A stretch of DNA of 61,611 bases, filler included, from Anaerolineae bacterium (GTDB taxonomy: Bacteria > Chloroflexota > Anaerolineae > Epilineales > Epilineaceae): NCBI GenBank assembly GCA_029262755.1. It is 4 parts of 4 records of this genome, joined end to end, with 100 filler letters (N's around TTAATTAATTAA, not from the genome) between each part and the next. Parts side by side here need not be neighbours in the genome. Positions count along the whole stretch, not along the records: positions 57,785 to 61,611 come from JAJCYU010000327.1; 3 more parts are not named here. One strand, 5' to 3'. Positions 57,785 through 61,611 of this stretch are shown here, piece after piece; within the stretch, counting starts at the first letter, position 1; each line of letters starts with the position of its first letter. The notes under the pieces are model-generated. The model was not told where the DNA came from, searched no databases, and was given only the letters and a program-made list of their open reading frames with translations. A program made the translations under genes and the position numbers.

Positions 57785-59404
57785 ATCGAGGTGCCGGTGA
57801 TCGTTTGGGAGGCCTACCTCTACGATGTCATGAAGATGACCGGAAGCTCCGGTGGGACGGACCTTGGTAACGTAGGCAGCCAAAGCATGTTGCGGATCGC
57901 GGACGCGACGCATCCCCTGGCAGCCGGACTTTCCGGAACGCCGACCGTGCTCAACCCCTCGAGCCAGATGACGTGGGGCAAGCCCGGGGCGAATGCGATC
58001 GTGGCTGCTACGCTGAAGGACAACAGTTCCAAGGCTGTCATCTTCGGCTACGAAGCAGGCGACGCGATGGTGGGGCTGACGGCTCCCGCACGCCGCGTCG
58101 GGCTGTTCTTCCGCGACGACACCGGCAACGTTGTGACGGCGGATGGCGGCGCGCTCTTCGCGGCTGCACTTCGCTGGGCCGTCGGCTGCGACGACGGTCC
58201 CGATCCGGAGCCGACGCCGACCGCGGAACCGACACCCGAGCCGACGCCCTTCCCGCAGACCGAGATCTGCGTGGACGAGGCCGAGAGCCACGCACTGTGG
58301 ATGCCGGGCATCAGCCGCGACATGATCTTCCAGACGCCGGGGCAGTTCGTGGAGAACGCGGACGGTACGGCGCAGCTCACGGGCCGGGTGGTCGATGTCA
58401 ACAACCCGAGCAAGGGCTTCGACATCACGCTCAACCTGGACGGCCGCACCTACGACGAGCCGTCGGGCAGCCCGAAGACGAATGGCAACCCAGGCGTCGA
58501 CACCAGCAGCTGGTACTACTACACCGAGGCGCTAGGCGTTCTCAACGGCGTCGGTCCGTGGTCGGGATCTGTCATCGAGATCGAGGGCGTCGGTCCGGCG
58601 TGGCAGGTCGGCGTCGGAGCGAACCTCAAGAACGGTAACCTCGGCATGGCCAACTGGATTAGCTGGAACGTGGTGCAGCAGCCCACGTCCGGCAGCCCGT
58701 TGCAGGAGTACGGCCAGGGTGACTTCAACCTCGACATCGTCGAGTGCCCGACCGGAGGTGGCGGTGAACCGGATCCCACATGTGGTGAGAACCTGGACAT
58801 CCTCTTCGTACTCAAGGATTCCTCGGCGGTCACGTCCGGCGACCAAGCGGTCATCGATCTGCTCGAAGCCGACGGACACTCGGTCACCCTGAAGTCCCAG
58901 GGCGCTTCGCGCAGCCATCATGCCGATGGTCGAGATCTGGTGATCGTGTCTTCGACGGTGAGCTCCGGTCAGGTGAACACGAAGTTCCGCGACGTGGCCG
59001 TGCCGGTCATTGTCTGGGAGAGCTACTTGTTCGACGACATGCGCATGACCGATGACACCGCCGGCACCCATTACGGGAGCAAGGGCTCCCGACAGTGGAT
59101 GGACATCGAGAGCCCCGCGCACCCGATGGCCGCCGGCCTGAGCGGTGACGTGCGGGTGACTACCCACAACAAGGCTCAGACCTGGGGCAAGCCCAGCGCC
59201 GATGCCGACGTCATTGCCCACCTGGATGGCAGCGCAAGCAAGGCGACCATCTTCGCCTACGAGGCGGGCGACCAGATGGTCGGCCAGTCGGCTCCGGCAC
59301 GCCGAGTCGGCTACCACTTGGACAACTATGCCGCGTCGAAGTGGACGGCAGACGGCGAGGCGCTCTTCCGCGCCGCAGTCGATTGGGCGGTGGAATGCCA
59401 CTAG
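57785..59404 (+). CDS. Surface protein (5' truncated) with two copies of an uncharacterised domain around a central beta-rich domain
   Basis: VPVIVWE.YL.D.M.MT..HP.AAGLSG..TWGKP..YEAGD.MVG..APARRVG..TADG.ALF.AA..WA occurs twice; PEPTP linker. Confidence 0.8.
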   Translation: MEVPVIVWEAYLYDVMKMTGSSGGTDLGNVGSQSMLRIADATHPLAAGLSGTPTVLNPSSQMTWGKPGANAIVAATLKDNSSKAVIFGYEAGDAMVGLTAPARRVGLFFRDDTGNVVTADGGALFAAALRWAVGCDDGPDPEPTPTAEPTPEPTPFPQTEICVDEAESHALWMPGISRDMIFQTPGQFVENADGTAQLTGRVVDVNNPSKGFDITLNLDGRTYDEPSGSPKTNGNPGVDTSSWYYYTEALGVLNGVGPWSGSVIEIEGVGPAWQVGVGANLKNGNLGMANWISWNVVQQPTSGSPLQEYGQGDFNLDIVECPTGGGGEPDPTCGENLDILFVLKDSSAVTSGDQAVIDLLEADGHSVTLKSQGASRSHHADGRDLVIVSSTVSSGQVNTKFRDVAVPVIVWESYLFDDMRMTDDTAGTHYGSKGSRQWMDIESPAHPMAAGLSGDVRVTTHNKAQTWGKPSADADVIAHLDGSASKATIFAYEAGDQMVGQSAPARRVGYHLDNYAASKWTADGEALFRAAVDWAVECH

Positions 59405-59482
59405 CCTACTAGCGGCGGCGGGATCGGCGCAGTACCCCCTGGCCGATTCAGCCGCGGCCCCCGGTTCGCCGGTGGGCACGTG

Positions 59483-59527
59483 AACGAGGGCCGTGGCGAC
59501 ACAATCGCCACGGCCCTCGTTTTCTTT
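59483..59527 (+). terminator. Intrinsic terminator-like hairpin
   Basis: Perfect 17-bp stem AACGAGGGCCGTGGCGA / TCGCCACGGCCCTCGTT, 5-nt loop, followed by TTCTTT. Confidence 0.75.
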
Positions 59528-59965
59528 GACTCCGAGGGCTGGTGCGAATTCATTCGCACCAGCCCTCGGTTCGTGGCGAAGACGGGCTCCCTGTCGGAGG
59601 TGAGCAAGGACGAAGCGTCGCATCATTTTGAAAACATGCTGCTACTTCGATCGGTGAGTCTGCTGGGCTTGTGACCCTATCGTAACAACGCATATACCAC
59701 CTAGCTACCGGTGACCGCGACACTGGTCTGTAGGTGCCGCGACACAATGGCATGCGCCGTCAACGGATTGAAGTCTCAACGTGATGCAGGACGGCAAGTC
59801 GGTGAACAGCACCCGCGGACGATACGATGTTCGCAGGTTTGTTCTAATCAGGGGGGGCAACACATGGGAATCTCGATACCGTTCCAACAGACAGACTTCT
59901 TGGGAACGTTGCTGAGCCTACTCGCATTCATGACGTATTGCGCCTTCCCTACATTTCGGGCGCAT

Positions 59966-60143
59966 GACGGCAGAGCGCTCTTCCACGCCGCCGTCGATTG
60001 GGCGGATACCTAGTTACTAGTTTCTCGCGGTGGTGGGATCGGAACAGTGCCATTTGGCCGATGCCCCACTAGCCCCCGGTTCACCGGTGGGCACCTGAGC
60101 GATGGCCGAAGCGACACAATCGCCAAGGCCCATCGGTTTCTAA
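59966..60143 (+). repeat. Diverged direct copy of 59351-59527 (gene 3' end plus structured downstream element)
   Basis: DGRALFHAAVDWA vs DGEALFRAAVDWA, then shared GGGATCGG..GGCCGAT..GCCCCCGGTTCRCCGGTGGGCAC..GCGACACAATCGCCA. Confidence 0.88.
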
Positions 60144-60214
60144 GATGCACCGTGTCGTCGGGGCGGACTCGCAATCGCGCTTCGGGACCGGCTAACTGAG
60201 GAGGAGTAGGGACA

Positions 60215-61611
60215 ATGTGCAAAGTACAGAGTGCGCCCTCGTGGCGCATTGCCTTGGTGGCTGCTGCCATCGTGATTGGACTCTTGGTGGGTGGCGGTCG
60301 ACCGAGCACGGTACGAGCGCAGGAAGGGGCCCCGTTCGCAGGCGGGGAGGCGCTGGTCCGATTCGAAGAAGGCGCGCCGGCCTTGCTTGTATCGCAAGCG
60401 CTCGCAGTGGCGAACGCCACGATCTTGCGAACGATCGAGCCGCTTTCGATCCATGTGCTATCGATTCCGGACGGCACGGAAGAGTTGGCGATCGATGTGC
60501 TCTCAGCGCTCGCGATCGTGGACTTCGCGGAGCTCAACTACGTCATGGAAGGCGCCTACGTACCGGATGATCCGTTGCTCGCCCCGGCGTCGCATGGTCG
60601 TTCGGCCCTAGCCGTCAACGGTGCAGAGGCGTGGGACATCACCCTCGGACACGCCGGGGTGGTAGTGGCTATCGTGGATACCGGTGTCGACGGGACACAC
60701 GAGGACTTGGAGCTACGCGTCCTTCCCGGAAAGGACTTCATCAACGGTGATCTAGACGCTTCAGACGACAACGGTCACGGAACGCACATTGCCGGCATCG
60801 TGGGCGCGATCGCGGACAATGGTATCGGTAGCGCCGGCATGGCGAACGCCAGCTTGCTGCCGGTCAAGGTGCTCGACGCGCAGAGTCAAGGTACGAGCGC
60901 CTCGGTTGCAGAGGGCCTTCTCTGGTCGACCGATCAGGGCGCCAACGTCATCAACCTCAGCCTTGCAGGTCCGGACAACCAAACTGTGCGCGAGGCGGTG
61001 GACTATGCGGTTGCCGGCTCCGTTGTCCTCGTTGCCGCGGCCGGGAACAATGGCAGCAGCGTGCTTCGCTATCCGGCTGCCTATTCCGACGTCGTGAGCG
61101 TCGGTGCATTGGATCGCTACGGACGGCGATTCGCCGTGTCGAACTACGGGCCGACCCTCGACATCATGGCGCCCGGCCATGCGGTGACCAACGCTTCGTG
61201 GTCTGCAGACACGCCAAACACCTACGCTTCACGAAGCGGCACTTCGCAAGCTACCGCACACGTCAGCGGTGCGGTAGCCCTCATGCTCGCGATCTCTCCG
61301 ACGCTCGATCGAGAGGAGATCTCGGAGATCCTGCGCAACACAGCGGTGGATCTAGGAACGCCAGGGCGGGACGATCAATTCGGGTACGGGCGGCTCCACG
61401 CGGGCGATGCGGTATTCGAGGCGCAGACGGCCGGGTCTCCCGAATCGACCCCCCCGACGGCGACGGCGACGAACACGGCGCTGCCGACGGCGACCGCGAC
61501 GAACACGGCGCTGCCGACGGCGACCGCGACGAACACGGCGCTGCCGACGGCGACGGCGACGAACACGGCGCTCCCGACGGCGACCGCGACGAACACGGCG
61601 CTGCCGACGGC
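60215..61611 (+). CDS. S8 family serine protease (thermitase-like), runs off the window end
   Basis: GAGGAGG RBS, signal peptide, VAIVDTG, HGTHIAG, AAAGN, SGTSQATAHVSG; absent from the ORF track because there is no stop in the window. Confidence 0.92.
   Translation, partial: MCKVQSAPSWRIALVAAAIVIGLLVGGGRPSTVRAQEGAPFAGGEALVRFEEGAPALLVSQALAVANATILRTIEPLSIHVLSIPDGTEELAIDVLSALAIVDFAELNYVMEGAYVPDDPLLAPASHGRSALAVNGAEAWDITLGHAGVVVAIVDTGVDGTHEDLELRVLPGKDFINGDLDASDDNGHGTHIAGIVGAIADNGIGSAGMANASLLPVKVLDAQSQGTSASVAEGLLWSTDQGANVINLSLAGPDNQTVREAVDYAVAGSVVLVAAAGNNGSSVLRYPAAYSDVVSVGALDRYGRRFAVSNYGPTLDIMAPGHAVTNASWSADTPNTYASRSGTSQATAHVSGAVALMLAISPTLDREEISEILRNTAVDLGTPGRDDQFGYGRLHAGDAVFEAQTAGSPESTPPTATATNTALPTATATNTALPTATATNTALPTATATNTALPTATATNTALPT
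61454..61611 (+). repeat. 30-bp coding tandem repeat (PTATATNTAL), at least 5 copies
   Basis: CCGACGGCGACSGCGACGAACACGGCGCTS repeated to the window end. Confidence 0.95.

Noticed and set aside
59412..59480. HDV-like ribozyme reading of the duplicated element
   Set aside because: The order of pairings is loosely similar, but the P3/L3 region is too short and P1.1 and J4/2 are not evident.
61454..61611. 30-bp repeats as a CRISPR array
   Set aside because: No spacers; head-to-tail, in-frame coding repeats; no cas genes.

Overview
The window joins four contigs with N44-TTAATTAATTAA-N44 spacers (30371-30470, 51766-51865, 57685-57784), so genes on either side of a spacer are not real neighbours. 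Contig 1 (1-30370) is high-GC and looks like Chloroflexota. It carries a GT-C/DUF2298/TIGR03663 membrane glycosylation cluster, sucCD, a tRNA nucleotidyltransferase, pdxST, secD (with one in-frame TAG), secF and ABC exporters. A ~165-bp rod-shaped palindromic element lies before sucC. Contig 2 (30471-51765) starts with a defence island: Lamassu/ABC-three-component lmuA and lmuC, a serine resolvase with a res-like site, and a HEPN-like gene. A decaying accessory region follows, with LVIVD-like and M60-peptidase surface proteins sharing a C-terminal (V/I)x(L/I/V)P tail, duplicated gene 3' ends, and PepSY-like proteins next to metalloprotease relics. Contig 3 (51866-57684) is AT-rich and from another organism, possibly anammox Brocadiales; it encodes two multiheme cytochromes c, a matrixin and GTAG-type REPs. 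Contig 4 (57785-61611) is high-GC, with a repeat-domain surface protein, a duplicated structured-RNA candidate and an S8 protease with a 30-bp tandem-repeat tail. All family calls come from motif recognition by eye; no database search was run.
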